From Actinomycetota bacterium (GTDB lineage: Bacteria; Actinomycetota; Acidimicrobiia; Acidimicrobiales; JAMCQF01): a stretch of DNA of 64,000 nt. Position numbers and translations under genes: made by a program. Of the stretch, positions 8,912 through 18,525 are shown one piece after another; the stretch's first letter is position 1; each line of letters opens with the position of its first letter. Below the pieces are notes generated by a model. The model ran no database searches. It was not told the DNA's origin and saw only the letters and a program-made list of their open reading frames with translations. The stretch spans positions 297-64,296 of the forward strand of contig JAMCQF010000164.1 in the NCBI GenBank assembly GCA_023379605.1, written 5' to 3'.

Positions 8912-10555
8912 TTGGAAAGCTTGATGATGGATCGGCCACTGCAGCTTAAATCGCTGCTCTGGCGAGCAGAGCGCATTTTTGGTGACAAGAAGATTGTCAC
9001 CCGTGTAGATGATAGCTTTGTAAGTTATTCTTATGCCGATTATGGGCGTAGGGTGCGCAGGCTCGCCTCAGCCCTGAGCGAGCTGGGTGTCAGCCCTGGG
9101 GATCGCGTTGGTACACTATGTTGGAACACATTCGAGCATTACGAGGCTTATTTCGCAGTTCCCTGTATCGGCGCAGTCCTCCACACGATCAACACCAGGC
9201 TTTCGTGTGAGCAGATCAGCTACATCATAAACCACGCTCGGGACAAGGTTCTTATAATAAGCCCAGACCAAGTTCCGACGGTGGAGAGGATGGGCGATGC
9301 ACTTTCAAGCGTAGAGACATTTATCATACTAGGATTTCCAAGTGCTTCAGCAAGCAGGCTCAGATCTACTCAGATATATGAGGACCTTATAGCAAGTGGT
9401 GACGAAAATTTTGACCTCCAAGACATCGATGAGCGCTCAGCGGCAGGCATGTGCTATACCTCGGGTACAACTGGGGAACCAAAGGGGGTTTTGTATAGCC
9501 ACAGAAGCACTGTTCTGCATGCACTTATGCTATGCCTCAATGGATCGATTGGTGTATCTGAGTCAGAAAGATATTTACTCGTAACGCCGATGTCGCATGT
9601 AAACTCCTGGGGCATGCCATTCGCGTGCGCTCTTCAGGGAGCTACCCTTGTCCTTCCTGGGGTTCAACCACGGCCCGCCGACTATCTAAAGGCAATCGAG
9701 CACGAGAGCGTAAGCGTCTGCGTGGCTGCGGTAAGTGTGGGAATGCTAATGCGCGAAGAGATCGAGTCGAATACGAGAACCTACGATCTGAGCAGCCTGA
9801 AGACGCTGTGGTTGGGTGGGCAGGCCCCACCGGTGAGCGAGATGCGTTGGTGGAATGATAGGTACCACACTGAAGTGGTTCAGGGTTGGGGCATGACCGA
9901 GTCCTCACCACTGCTGACGTTCACCACGCTTAAGGATAAGTTCTTGCACGCGAGCGAAGAGGAGCGCTACAAGCTTCTCAGTAGGCAGGGTCTTCCCTTG
10001 CCTCTGGTAGAGATGAAGGTTGTCAATGATAGAGGTGAGGAGCAGCCCTGGGATGCTCAGAGCGCAGGTGAGATCTTGGTTCGCTCTCCGTGGGTGGCAA
10101 GATCGTACTATAACGATCCACGCTCACAGGAAAGCTTTCAGGATGGGTGGTTCAGGACCGGGGATGTCGGTCACATAGACCCAGAAGGCTATTTGTCACT
10201 GGTAGATAGAACTAAGGATCTCATCAAGAGTGGAGGAGAATGGATCTCCTCGGTGGATCTGGAGAATGCGCTAATGGCACATCCCGCAGTTCGAGAGGCG
10301 GCTGTAGTCGCGGTAGCGGATCCCACCTGGCTGGAGCGTCCGGTGGCGTACGTATCCACTCGCTCTCCTGTGGAAGCAAGCGAGCTGGCCGGGCTGGTTC
10401 TTTCCCGCTTTCCGAAATTCTGGGTGCCTGATCAGTTCATCTTTGTAGACGAGGTTCCAAAGACCAGTGTCGGAAAGTTTGATAAGAAGGCACTTAGGCA
10501 AAGACTGGCTTCACTGGAAGAAAGCGTGACTACTGATGCCAGTTTACCTGGCTGA
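8912..10555 (+). CDS. AMP-dependent acyl-CoA synthetase (fatty-acid-CoA ligase family)
   Basis: 547 aa with AMP-binding motifs YTSGTTGEPKGV, GWGMTE, RTGDVG, KSGGEWIS, VGKFDKK. TTG start 5 nt after GAGGAG; ATG 8924 is an alternative. Confidence 0.9.
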   Translation: MESLMMDRPLQLKSLLWRAERIFGDKKIVTRVDDSFVSYSYADYGRRVRRLASALSELGVSPGDRVGTLCWNTFEHYEAYFAVPCIGAVLHTINTRLSCEQISYIINHARDKVLIISPDQVPTVERMGDALSSVETFIILGFPSASASRLRSTQIYEDLIASGDENFDLQDIDERSAAGMCYTSGTTGEPKGVLYSHRSTVLHALMLCLNGSIGVSESERYLLVTPMSHVNSWGMPFACALQGATLVLPGVQPRPADYLKAIEHESVSVCVAAVSVGMLMREEIESNTRTYDLSSLKTLWLGGQAPPVSEMRWWNDRYHTEVVQGWGMTESSPLLTFTTLKDKFLHASEEERYKLLSRQGLPLPLVEMKVVNDRGEEQPWDAQSAGEILVRSPWVARSYYNDPRSQESFQDGWFRTGDVGHIDPEGYLSLVDRTKDLIKSGGEWISSVDLENALMAHPAVREAAVVAVADPTWLERPVAYVSTRSPVEASELAGLVLSRFPKFWVPDQFIFVDEVPKTSVGKFDKKALRQRLASLEESVTTDASLPG

Positions 10556-10565
10556 GAAAGCATTT

Positions 10566-10588
10566 GCCAATATCGAATACATATTGGC
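10566..10588 (+). terminator. 8-bp-stem hairpin after the acyl-CoA ligase gene
   Basis: GCCAATAT-cgaatac-ATATTGGC starts 11 nt after the stop, at the start of the intergenic region before the lactonase-like gene. No clear T-run. Confidence 0.3.
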
Positions 10589-10694
10589 GTCCGATAGGTT
10601 TGTCTCATAGTCACCATTTTCCCTCTTGATTATATCAATACGGCCATGCGCTCGACTGTAATAGCAACTAAATAAACGTGAAAGGAAAGCTTCT

Positions 10695-11477
10695 ATGTCA
10701 CATCCAACTGTAAAGAGGCTGTGGGCTCTGGATTCGCCTACGTTCACTCTTGACAACGCGATCCTCATGGTGGGTGCTACTGGGACGGCTACAGTTCCCA
10801 TGCCTGCTTACTTGATTGAGCACTCTAAGGGTCTCGTGCTTTTCGACACTGGGCTGGTGCCTGCAGCCGCGGACGATCCGGAGGCCGTTTACGGTCCCCT
10901 CGCCCAGTTCCTTGGGCTGCAGTTCAGCCCAGAACAGCGATTGGACAATCAGCTGCAGGCGCTGGGCTACAAGGTATCCGATGTAACCCATGTTGTGGCA
11001 TCACACACTCATTTCGATCACAGTGGCGGCTTGTACCTGTTCCCAGAAGCCAAGTTCTATGTAGGCACAGGCGACCTGCGCTATGCGATGTGGCCCGATC
11101 CTGCAGGAGCGGCATTCTTTCGCCGTGAGGACATCGAGCTCACGCGCTCCTACAACTGGACCCAGATCCCTACAGACCACGATCTGTTCGGTGATGGCAG
11201 CCTGGTCATCCTGCATACACCCGGTCATACCCCAGGAGAGCTCAGCTTGCTGGTGCGCCTCCCGAGCAGAAACTTCATCCTTACTGGCGACACTGTGCAT
11301 CTGCGCCAAGCGCTCGAGGAGGAGATCCCAATGCCCTATGACGCCAACACCGAGCTCTCGATCCGTTCGATCCAGCGTCTTAAGCTTCTACGGGAGAGCG
11401 CTGATGCTACTGTATGGATCTCTCACGATCCAGATGACTGGGCAGAGCTGGAACACGCTCCAAAGTGCTACGAGTGA
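10695..11477 (+). CDS. metallo-beta-lactamase-fold hydrolase, N-acyl-homoserine-lactonase-like family
   Basis: 260 aa with the HxHxDH motif (SHTHFDHSGG) and HTPGHTPGE. Size and motifs fit AiiA/AttM-type lactonases. Confidence 0.8.
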   Translation: MSHPTVKRLWALDSPTFTLDNAILMVGATGTATVPMPAYLIEHSKGLVLFDTGLVPAAADDPEAVYGPLAQFLGLQFSPEQRLDNQLQALGYKVSDVTHVVASHTHFDHSGGLYLFPEAKFYVGTGDLRYAMWPDPAGAAFFRREDIELTRSYNWTQIPTDHDLFGDGSLVILHTPGHTPGELSLLVRLPSRNFILTGDTVHLRQALEEEIPMPYDANTELSIRSIQRLKLLRESADATVWISHDPDDWAELEHAPKCYE

Positions 11478-11484
11478 GTTGCAT

Positions 11485-12003
11485 ATGAGCGTTCTTGTTG
11501 ATTTTGCCTGCCCTAGATGTGGCGGGATACAGGAGAAGAGAGTCTCGGTCCCCATCCCGACGATGATCCCATGCCCTGTGTGTGGCTCACAGGCGCGACG
11601 ACGCTTTGGGATCGCACTTTTGAAGGGGGTCACTGCACCGGGCTCACCGTCGGGAGGCCAGAAGGGTCCGCTGTGCCAGCGCTACCCTTTCATCCCAGGG
11701 CTGTGCCACATGTCTCCAGCGGCAGCTCGTGGCTGGATAGCAAGGGCCCGGGCTGACACTCAGGCGCTTGAGCGGGAGCTAGCCCTCCAAGAGTCAGTTG
11801 CCGGCAGCGCTGAGTCTGACAGCGCCATCGTCTCAGCCACTCATGGGCATCTCCATGCCCATCCTCATGCTGGTGCTCGTGAGAATGACCATGATCACCA
11901 ACATCCTCATGCTGGTGCTCGTGAGAATTACCATGATCACCAACATCCTCATGCTGGCACGGGTGTATCTGGCCCTGTCGCGCCGCTTGGCGATCTCAAC
12001 TAG
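11485..12003 (+). CDS. FmdB-like zinc-ribbon protein with His-rich repeat tail
   Basis: The in-frame ORF opens at 11083 but overlaps the lactonase gene. Start placed at ATG 11485 (MSVLVDFACPRCGG...CPVCGS, two CxxC pairs). The C-terminus contains HPHAGARENDHDHQ repeats. Confidence 0.6.
   Translation: MSVLVDFACPRCGGIQEKRVSVPIPTMIPCPVCGSQARRRFGIALLKGVTAPGSPSGGQKGPLCQRYPFIPGLCHMSPAAARGWIARARADTQALERELALQESVAGSAESDSAIVSATHGHLHAHPHAGARENDHDHQHPHAGARENYHDHQHPHAGTGVSGPVAPLGDLN
11860..11957 (+). repeat. 42-bp in-frame tandem duplication (2.3 copies) in the His-rich tail
   Basis: CATCCTCATGCTGGTGCTCGTGAGAATGACCATGATCACCAA at 11860-11901. The second copy at 11902-11943 has one mismatch (Asp to Tyr). 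A partial third copy is at 11944-11957. Confidence 0.95.
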
Positions 12004-12012
12004 CCAGGCAAG

Positions 12013-13125
12013 ATGTTTGAAGGACGCATTGCACGCTTCAACGCTCCTGGAGAGCCATTCGAGATCAGGCGCGTCTGCATCGAATCGGTAGGAGCTGGAG
12101 AGATACTTATAAAGGTCCACCGGAGCAATATCTGTGGCTCAGATCTGCATGCCTGGCATGGCGCCTTTGCCACGCGCGGGCTAGGTGGAGCCATGCCAAC
12201 GGTACTGGGGCACGAGATGGTTGGCTCCATAGCCGCGTTCGGGGACGGAGATGAGCTAAGAGAAGACTCCAATGGCGAGCCGCTTGCAGTAGGGAGTCGT
12301 GTCGTCTTTCCATATTTCTTTCCATGCCACCATTGCAGGAACTGCCTGGCCGGCCGGAGAGTGTCGTGCCTAAAAATGGGCATGGCGATGCTCGGGGATG
12401 CGAGCAAACCTCCGTATTTCGTGGGTGGTTACGGAGATTACTTTCTTCTACCCGCAGGTGCCGTGCTGTACAAGGTTCCCGACAACCTATCCGACGAGCT
12501 TGCATCTGGTGTGAACTGCGCCTTGTCACAGGTCATGTATGGCTTGGAACGGGTTGAGCTCTCGCTTGGAGAGAACGTGGTGATCCAGGGTGCTGGCGGT
12601 CTTGGTCTGTTTGCAGCAGCGGTCGCAAAGGCACGTGGTGCAAAGATGGTCATTGTGCTCGACTCAGTTCCAGAGCGGTTGGAGCTGGCAAAGAGCTTTG
12701 GCGCTGACGAGACAGTAAGCCTGTCTGAGCAGCCCGAGGTGAGCTCGCGTGTCAGGCTTGTGCGGGAGATGACTGATGGGCTCGGCGCGGAGGTAGTCGT
12801 TGAGGTGGTTGGGGATCCGAGCGTCGTCCCAGAGGGGCTCAAGATGCTTGCGCAAGGTGGACGCTACCTCGAGATCGGCAACATCAACATGGGCCGGACT
12901 TACGAGGCCGATCCCTCACGTCTGGTCATGGCTAACAAGACTATAGTGGGTGTTTCCCTTTATGAGCCGCATCTGCTCTCCAATGCCATCTCTTTTCTGA
13001 CCTCTCACCAGCACAGCCTTCCCATGGACCGTCTGGTCGCCACCTCGTTTCCGCTTGAAGAGATCAATACTGCTTTTGAGATGGCAGATCGACGATCTAT
13101 TGTCCGCGCAAGCATCGTAGTATGA
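12013..13125 (+). CDS. zinc-dependent alcohol dehydrogenase (MDR family)
   Basis: 370 aa with CGSDLHAWHG, GHEMVG, structural-zinc cysteines CHHCRNCLAGRRVSC and NAD fold VIQGAGGLGL. Confidence 0.9.
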   Translation: MFEGRIARFNAPGEPFEIRRVCIESVGAGEILIKVHRSNICGSDLHAWHGAFATRGLGGAMPTVLGHEMVGSIAAFGDGDELREDSNGEPLAVGSRVVFPYFFPCHHCRNCLAGRRVSCLKMGMAMLGDASKPPYFVGGYGDYFLLPAGAVLYKVPDNLSDELASGVNCALSQVMYGLERVELSLGENVVIQGAGGLGLFAAAVAKARGAKMVIVLDSVPERLELAKSFGADETVSLSEQPEVSSRVRLVREMTDGLGAEVVVEVVGDPSVVPEGLKMLAQGGRYLEIGNINMGRTYEADPSRLVMANKTIVGVSLYEPHLLSNAISFLTSHQHSLPMDRLVATSFPLEEINTAFEMADRRSIVRASIVV

Positions 13126-13576
13126 CTACCTACATATACCAGATCCGTCCTAGCAAATGGACTGATCGCTGGACTGGCTGACAACGCTGGGCCACTCATG
13201 CTAGACGCTCGATCCCTGCAACTGCGAAGGCCCGGCGGGATCTCATCTGTTGTAGCTTACCTTGGTCGGTAGAGACCTCTGTTGACATGGGCAGCGATTT
13301 ATGTTAGTCGTATTGAAGGGATGTACGCGTATGCGCATGTTTCTGTGAGGGGGGATCCTCTGTCAAGGCAATGGGGAGGGACGTAGAGGTGATGCCAGGC
13401 TTCTAGAAGGGCTGTTCGCGCTTTTGGTTCGCTTTGGCGGGAAAGAACAGAAAGGGAGATATTCACGCTCTTGGGGTATCTCGCTGTACAGTTCTGTCTG
13501 CACTTCCTGGCACTCGGCTCGGCACGCTCTTGGGGACCTCCAAAATGTGGGCGATTAAAGAACGGAGGAAAATGAC

Positions 13577-14155
13577 ATGAGCAGAAGGCTTATGTGGCCG
13601 GTGCTGGTACTTGGGATAATATTGATCGTATTACCTCTTGCATTGTCGTTCCCGAGCAAGGCGAGTGCAGGCCAGACGATGCTTGACAATTTTCACCCCA
13701 TCATGCAGCCAGCGTCTGTGCGGACAACAGTCAACTACTACAACAATACGTTTGTGCCACTGCGCTCTGTTGCACAAGACGGGGTGAAAGCAGCGGGGGA
13801 AGCCCCACAGCTAATAGCAGCGCTGGCCGCGCAGCTGCACATGACACCGACTCAGGTAGAAAGCTTCTTGGGCTCGCGCTTTCCGGCTATGGCGCAGTTG
13901 TTGGGTGGCCTACCAAAATTGGTTCCAATTTTCTCGGCCGTGCCGCCAGGACTTGCGCATTACCAGCCGCTCGTAAAGACCATGAAGGCTAACGTCACCA
14001 ACTACTCACAAGTTGACAGCCTTCCCAATTTCCGTCTGCTCACGTGGTTCTTCGTGGTACCTGGCATCTTGCTGGTGCTGCTGGCTGCAGTTGGACTTAT
14101 AGCAGATCGTCGCGCAAAGCCGGCCGCTGCAGGCAAAGCTACGTCCAAGTCGTGA
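13577..14155 (+). CDS. hypothetical membrane protein (N- and C-terminal TM helices)
   Basis: 192 aa with GGAGGA upstream of the ATG. Hydrophobic stretches WPVLVLGIILIVLPLAL and FFVVPGILLVLLAAVGLI. No family recognised. Confidence 0.55.
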   Translation: MSRRLMWPVLVLGIILIVLPLALSFPSKASAGQTMLDNFHPIMQPASVRTTVNYYNNTFVPLRSVAQDGVKAAGEAPQLIAALAAQLHMTPTQVESFLGSRFPAMAQLLGGLPKLVPIFSAVPPGLAHYQPLVKTMKANVTNYSQVDSLPNFRLLTWFFVVPGILLVLLAAVGLIADRRAKPAAAGKATSKS

Positions 14156-14269
14156 CATGGAGCGTGACAGGGAGAAGGGCAATTCTGTTCCCTGGGTGCG
14201 TTAGCACAAAGATCTTAGCTCAAGGTTCATCTGCTGGCCCCAGTGACTGCTGTGGATGTTCGTTGTCCT

Positions 14270-15460
14270 TTAAGCCTTGAATGCTGGCTCGGCGTGATGA
14301 CTAAGCTTCTCACGGTACATCGTCTGGTCAGCTCGATGGAGCAGGGTCCCAGCACTCTCCTTTCCGTCCCAGCTGGCCATACCTATAGACACCGATATGC
14401 CGTGCGGAACCACTGAGCGAAGTCTCTGTGCATAAGTATCGGTGTCTTGGTGGCTTAGCCCGGGAACGATAAGGGCAAACTCATCGCCTCCAATCCGAGC
14501 AAGGAAGTCTCCACTGGCTCGAGCTTGCCTGCACCAGAGCTTGCAGAGCTCGCAGAGCAATCGATCTCCGCTTTGATGGCCGAGTGTGTCATTTATGGCC
14601 TTGAAGCCATCGAGGTCCATAACTCCCACAGAAAGCGGGGCACCCGCGCGATTTGCACGAGCGATCTCCTCTTCCAGGCGCTGATCCCACCAGCGGCGGT
14701 TTGGTAGCTCGGTGAGAGGGTCTTGGAGAGCTTGGATGCGCAAGGCGTTGACCAATCCGAGAACGATGGCTCCTACCACAGCTGCCGTACCGAAGATCGA
14801 CAACCATACCGCGGCGCCATCGTGAACTTTGGGGCTTGTGGCAAGTACAACGGCGAACATAAGACCACACAGGGAGCAGTGCGCCAGCACGCTTGGCAGC
14901 TCGAAATAAAGGGCGCAGAAGATAACGACCCACACGTACATGCTGGCCATCGGTATCCGTTGGCTCACTCCTATGGCGGCAAGCACGGTAACGAGGACGC
15001 TGCCTATAACTACCTCGATGTGCAACACCCACGAAGGCAGGTGGTTTCTTCCCAGTGAGCTCGCGACGAAGCCCGCTACAAAGACACCGGCGGTGGCCCA
15101 CAAGGCAAGAAACTCATCGTGAGGCCAGGACTGCATCACCACTACCGAGAGAGTGACTATCGCCCCAGCGGCCCAGAAGATTGGCACTATTTGATCGGGG
15201 CGGGCGATCATGACCCGGAGCTGGCGGGCGACGTCCGAGCCCAGGGATCGAGTGCAGCGTAAGATTGACCGAGCCCTCCTTTTATCTTTGCACACCGCTG
15301 GTTCTATGGGTGCTTTGGGCTGGAGAGCCCAGCTGTCGCGAGCAGCCCAGCGCTGCGGCATGCAACTGGCATCAGGGACTGATCTGCTGCTGGTGCGTTG
15401 GGAGAAAGCGCCCTCATCCTCCATTTCGACCTCCCTATTTGACCGGCGATTACTGAGCAC
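14270..15460 (-). CDS. membrane-anchored diguanylate cyclase (GGDEF)
   Basis: 396-aa ORF with several TM helices followed by a GGDEF domain (DLDGFKAINDTLGHQSGD, RIGGDEFALI). The true start may be internal. Confidence 0.85.
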   Translation of the reverse strand: MLSNRRSNREVEMEDEGAFSQRTSSRSVPDASCMPQRWAARDSWALQPKAPIEPAVCKDKRRARSILRCTRSLGSDVARQLRVMIARPDQIVPIFWAAGAIVTLSVVVMQSWPHDEFLALWATAGVFVAGFVASSLGRNHLPSWVLHIEVVIGSVLVTVLAAIGVSQRIPMASMYVWVVIFCALYFELPSVLAHCSLCGLMFAVVLATSPKVHDGAAVWLSIFGTAAVVGAIVLGLVNALRIQALQDPLTELPNRRWWDQRLEEEIARANRAGAPLSVGVMDLDGFKAINDTLGHQSGDRLLCELCKLWCRQARASGDFLARIGGDEFALIVPGLSHQDTDTYAQRLRSVVPHGISVSIGMASWDGKESAGTLLHRADQTMYREKLSHHAEPAFKA

Positions 15461-15610
15461 GCGGCTGTCTACGGCGGCTCGCTAATAGCATCGTCATGTG
15501 CGTTGTCAAGGTTAAGGTGTTATTCACACGATCTTTGATACCGTGGCGACCAGGGATACCACGGCATCCCTCGAGGATGGCCTGTGGTCTTTTGCATCTG
15601 CGACAATAAG

Positions 15611-16093
15611 ATGGTGCGAGTAGCTATGGTGTGCCTGGGAAACATCTGCCGATCGCCAATGGCCGAGGCTGTGGCCAAGGAGATGGCAAAAGAGGCAGGG
15701 GTAGCCAACCAGGTGGTGATCGAGTCGTTTGGCACCGCGGGTTGGCACGAGGGCGGTCGCACAGATCCCGCCGCGGATGCCGCTCTTCGCAGGAGGGGCT
15801 GGCCTGTGGGCGATCACAGGGCACGGCGGATCCATCCATGCGACCTCGAAGCTGCAGACTTGGTGTTGTGCGCCGACAGGTCCAACCTCGAAGAGGTGAG
15901 ACGCCTGGCTATGGGCAAGATCGATGCAAATAAGATCCAGCTCTTGCGATCCTACGATCCTGCGGCTCGCCCGGGAGACGATGACATTCCAGACCCCTGG
16001 GGATGCGACGCCGCGCAGTTCGATCGCAGTCTTCAACTCATTGAGGCGGCTTGCCGTGGGCTCATCGGAGCGCTGGCTCGCAGATCTGTCTAG
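15611..16093 (+). CDS. low-molecular-weight protein-tyrosine phosphatase
   Basis: P-loop VCLGNICRSPMAE and DP motif DIPDPWG. Start placed at ATG 15611 (MVRVAMVCLGN); the ORF opens at 15584. Confidence 0.9.
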   Translation: MVRVAMVCLGNICRSPMAEAVAKEMAKEAGVANQVVIESFGTAGWHEGGRTDPAADAALRRRGWPVGDHRARRIHPCDLEAADLVLCADRSNLEEVRRLAMGKIDANKIQLLRSYDPAARPGDDDIPDPWGCDAAQFDRSLQLIEAACRGLIGALARRSV

Positions 16094-16850
16094 GCTCCTA
16101 GCTTCTCCCAGCTACTGCCGTTCCCTGGGTGGTGGCGCATGGAAGGTAACGGTAAAGGATAGGGACCTAGTGGTAAAGGTAGGTCCAGGGGTTAAAGACG
16201 AGGCCGACGGGCTTTCCAGCCTGGGCCGGGTCCCACAGGCGCCGCCGGTACCGGAGGTCGTCATGTGCGAAGCCGGCATCCTCGTTACGAGCTGGGTTGA
16301 TCAAAGGGCCCGCACCGCTCGTCATGAGGAGGCCCTTGGTCGGATGCTTGCTGGGTTGCACAGTGCCGGCTGGGCACAGTGGGGAGGTGGGTCATCGTGG
16401 ATCGGGGCTTGCCAGGTGAGTGCTTCGGTGGAACCTGACAGCGCCAGCTTCTATCGAGCCCGTCTGGCAGAGCTAGCAAGCCAGTGCGGCCTGGAGCAGG
16501 CGCTGTCAGCGGTAGTTGCCAAGATTGAGGACCTGCTTCCGCCAGGTGGGCCTGCTCTTGTGCATGGGGATCTATGGTGGGGGAACGTCCTTTGGGGTGC
16601 TGATGGCCGCCCCTGGCTCATAGACCCATCGGTGCATGGTGGCCATCCCGAGGAAGACCTCGCCATGCTGGCTCTGTTTGGCGCGCTGCCAGACCGCCTC
16701 ATCAGCGCATACTGCGAGGTGAGCCCGTTGCATGCTGGCTGGCAGGAAAGGCTCGCGCTCTTCCAGCTATATCCCTTGCTTGTTCACACGGTGCTTTTTG
16801 GCGGCGCGTATCGCTTTCAAGTTGAGGCTATCGCTCACCGGTTCGCCTGA
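16056..16850 (+). CDS. fructosamine-kinase-family / aminoglycoside-phosphotransferase-fold kinase
   Basis: Motifs LGGGAWKV and LVHGDLWWGNV. The ORF opens at 15924 inside the phosphatase gene, so the start is tentatively placed at in-frame GTG 16056. Confidence 0.75.
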   Translation: MGSSERWLADLSRLLASPSYCRSLGGGAWKVTVKDRDLVVKVGPGVKDEADGLSSLGRVPQAPPVPEVVMCEAGILVTSWVDQRARTARHEEALGRMLAGLHSAGWAQWGGGSSWIGACQVSASVEPDSASFYRARLAELASQCGLEQALSAVVAKIEDLLPPGGPALVHGDLWWGNVLWGADGRPWLIDPSVHGGHPEEDLAMLALFGALPDRLISAYCEVSPLHAGWQERLALFQLYPLLVHTVLFGGAYRFQVEAIAHRFA

Positions 16851-18468
16851 GCGAGTTCAGCTTGGAGAGCACGCCTCGCGCCAGGCCCCACAGTCTAACC
16901 AGGAGAGCTCCGTCCGGGGTTGCGGGAGTGCTCCCTTGCGCTGCTGGCGTAGCTCCTGGCTCGTTGGCGTCAAGGTGCGCATCACCGGTGTGGTATTGGG
17001 CGGGTGATGTAGGCGTAGCTCTCAACTCGGTAGATGTGTAGTCCGCTGAACCGGGAAGCTTTCGGTCCGATATGGCACGTTTGCGCTTTGGCCAGCCTGG
17101 CGCGTGGACGCTCGGTTGGAAGCTTCCGTGCTTTCGCAGGGGGGCAGAGTAGATCGAGCGATCGTCAAGTGCTCTTGAGGTCAACGTTGCGCCGGTGACA
17201 ACTATCAGGAGCGGGACCATGATCGGCAACCCTTGGCCCGTCAGCTCCATCACCAGAACGAGGGCAGAGAGCGGGCCTTGCATGACAGCGGCGAGGAACC
17301 CTGCTGAGCCGAGTATGGCAAAGACGCCTACGGAGCTCCCGGGGAAGACCTGAAGCCAGGCAAATCCCAAGAGTCCTCCGACCATTGCCCCTGCGTTGAG
17401 GCTGGGGGTGAAGAGCCCACCCACTGCGCCTGACCTAAGGGACGCAGATGTGGCAAGCGGCTTTAGGACTAAGACGCCAGCCAGGATAGGCACAGTCAGC
17501 TTTCCTGCGAACGCGAGGCCCGCCACGTCCTTCCCGTTGCCAAGGATCTGAGGGTATGCTATTGCCACTAGGCCTACGCAGGTGAAGGTAATGGTTAGAG
17601 CCGCAAGCAGGCGCCATCCTTGTGGCTTACGCATCTTGGCAAGCGAAATCAAGCGCAGATACAAGATCGCGCTAATACCAACGATGGGCCCGCAGATCAG
17701 CGCCCATACGATCTGGACATCGCTTAGATGAAGCGGCGCCACCGCATAGGTGGTGGTTGAGGGTAGCGCGACCCATGAAACCGCTGTTGCAATGAACGAC
17801 GTGGCGAGAGCCGGAAGCACGAGTGGAAGGCTGAGCGTGCCAAGCAGCACCTCAAGGGAGAACAAAGCACCTCCCAAAGGAACGTTGTATACAGCGGCCA
17901 TGCCAGCTCCCGCCCCAAAGGCCACAAGAAGGCGGCGATCAGACCGGCTCAAACGCGCCCAGTCCGAGAGCTTGCTGGCCAGGGCACCGCCTGCATCCTT
18001 AGGGGCTCCTTCTCTCCCCAGTGGTGCACCCAGGCCGACTGCTACCATCTCCAAGACGGCGTTTGCAATGTTCTCCAGGTATGGCATCTTGCCCTGCTTC
18101 TCCCAGATGGCCTCTGAGAGGCTTGTGCCATGAGAGTGGGTTACGCGGCGAAGGACCATCCAGGAGAGTCCCGCGAACACTCCTGCCCCGGCGAGCACTT
18201 CCACCCTATGGAGTGCCGAGGTTCTATCGACAGCGGCCTGGAAAGGTCCATTGCGATAGTCGTAGAAGATATGCTGCACTGAGTGCAGCAGTGCCATTAA
18301 AGCGTCTGCACCCAGTCCCGCCCCTATACCTGTGGCGACCACGAGCAGCCAGAACCGCACTGAGAAAGTAGAACCTGCAGCCGAGGCCGGGACGTTGGGT
18401 TGCATGATCTCGCCACTGGGATCGGCGGGATCCTGAGTCGTCATAGCTCGCTTTGTAGGCCTATGCAC
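16828..18468 (-). CDS. voltage-gated chloride channel (ClC) family protein
   Basis: 546 aa, polytopic, with ClC selectivity-type motifs GAPLGREGAP, GAGAGMAAVYNVPLGG, GLFTPSL. Has a long Pro/Thr-rich C-terminal tail. Overlaps the convergent kinase gene by 23 nt. Confidence 0.9.
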   Translation of the reverse strand: MHRPTKRAMTTQDPADPSGEIMQPNVPASAAGSTFSVRFWLLVVATGIGAGLGADALMALLHSVQHIFYDYRNGPFQAAVDRTSALHRVEVLAGAGVFAGLSWMVLRRVTHSHGTSLSEAIWEKQGKMPYLENIANAVLEMVAVGLGAPLGREGAPKDAGGALASKLSDWARLSRSDRRLLVAFGAGAGMAAVYNVPLGGALFSLEVLLGTLSLPLVLPALATSFIATAVSWVALPSTTTYAVAPLHLSDVQIVWALICGPIVGISAILYLRLISLAKMRKPQGWRLLAALTITFTCVGLVAIAYPQILGNGKDVAGLAFAGKLTVPILAGVLVLKPLATSASLRSGAVGGLFTPSLNAGAMVGGLLGFAWLQVFPGSSVGVFAILGSAGFLAAVMQGPLSALVLVMELTGQGLPIMVPLLIVVTGATLTSRALDDRSIYSAPLRKHGSFQPSVHAPGWPKRKRAISDRKLPGSADYTSTELRATPTSPAQYHTGDAHLDANEPGATPAAQGSTPATPDGALLVRLWGLARGVLSKLNSLRRTGER

Positions 18469-18525
18469 ATATGTTGGGGCGCCTGTGGTGGATGCTCGTC
18501 GCTCAGGGTCGGCTACGCCGATGAG

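Noticed and set aside
11083-11484. N-terminal 134 codons of the 306-aa ORF
   Set aside because: This stretch overlaps the lactonase-like gene in another frame and has an Arg/Ser-rich composition. The zinc-ribbon domain begins at ATG 11485, right after the lactonase stop.
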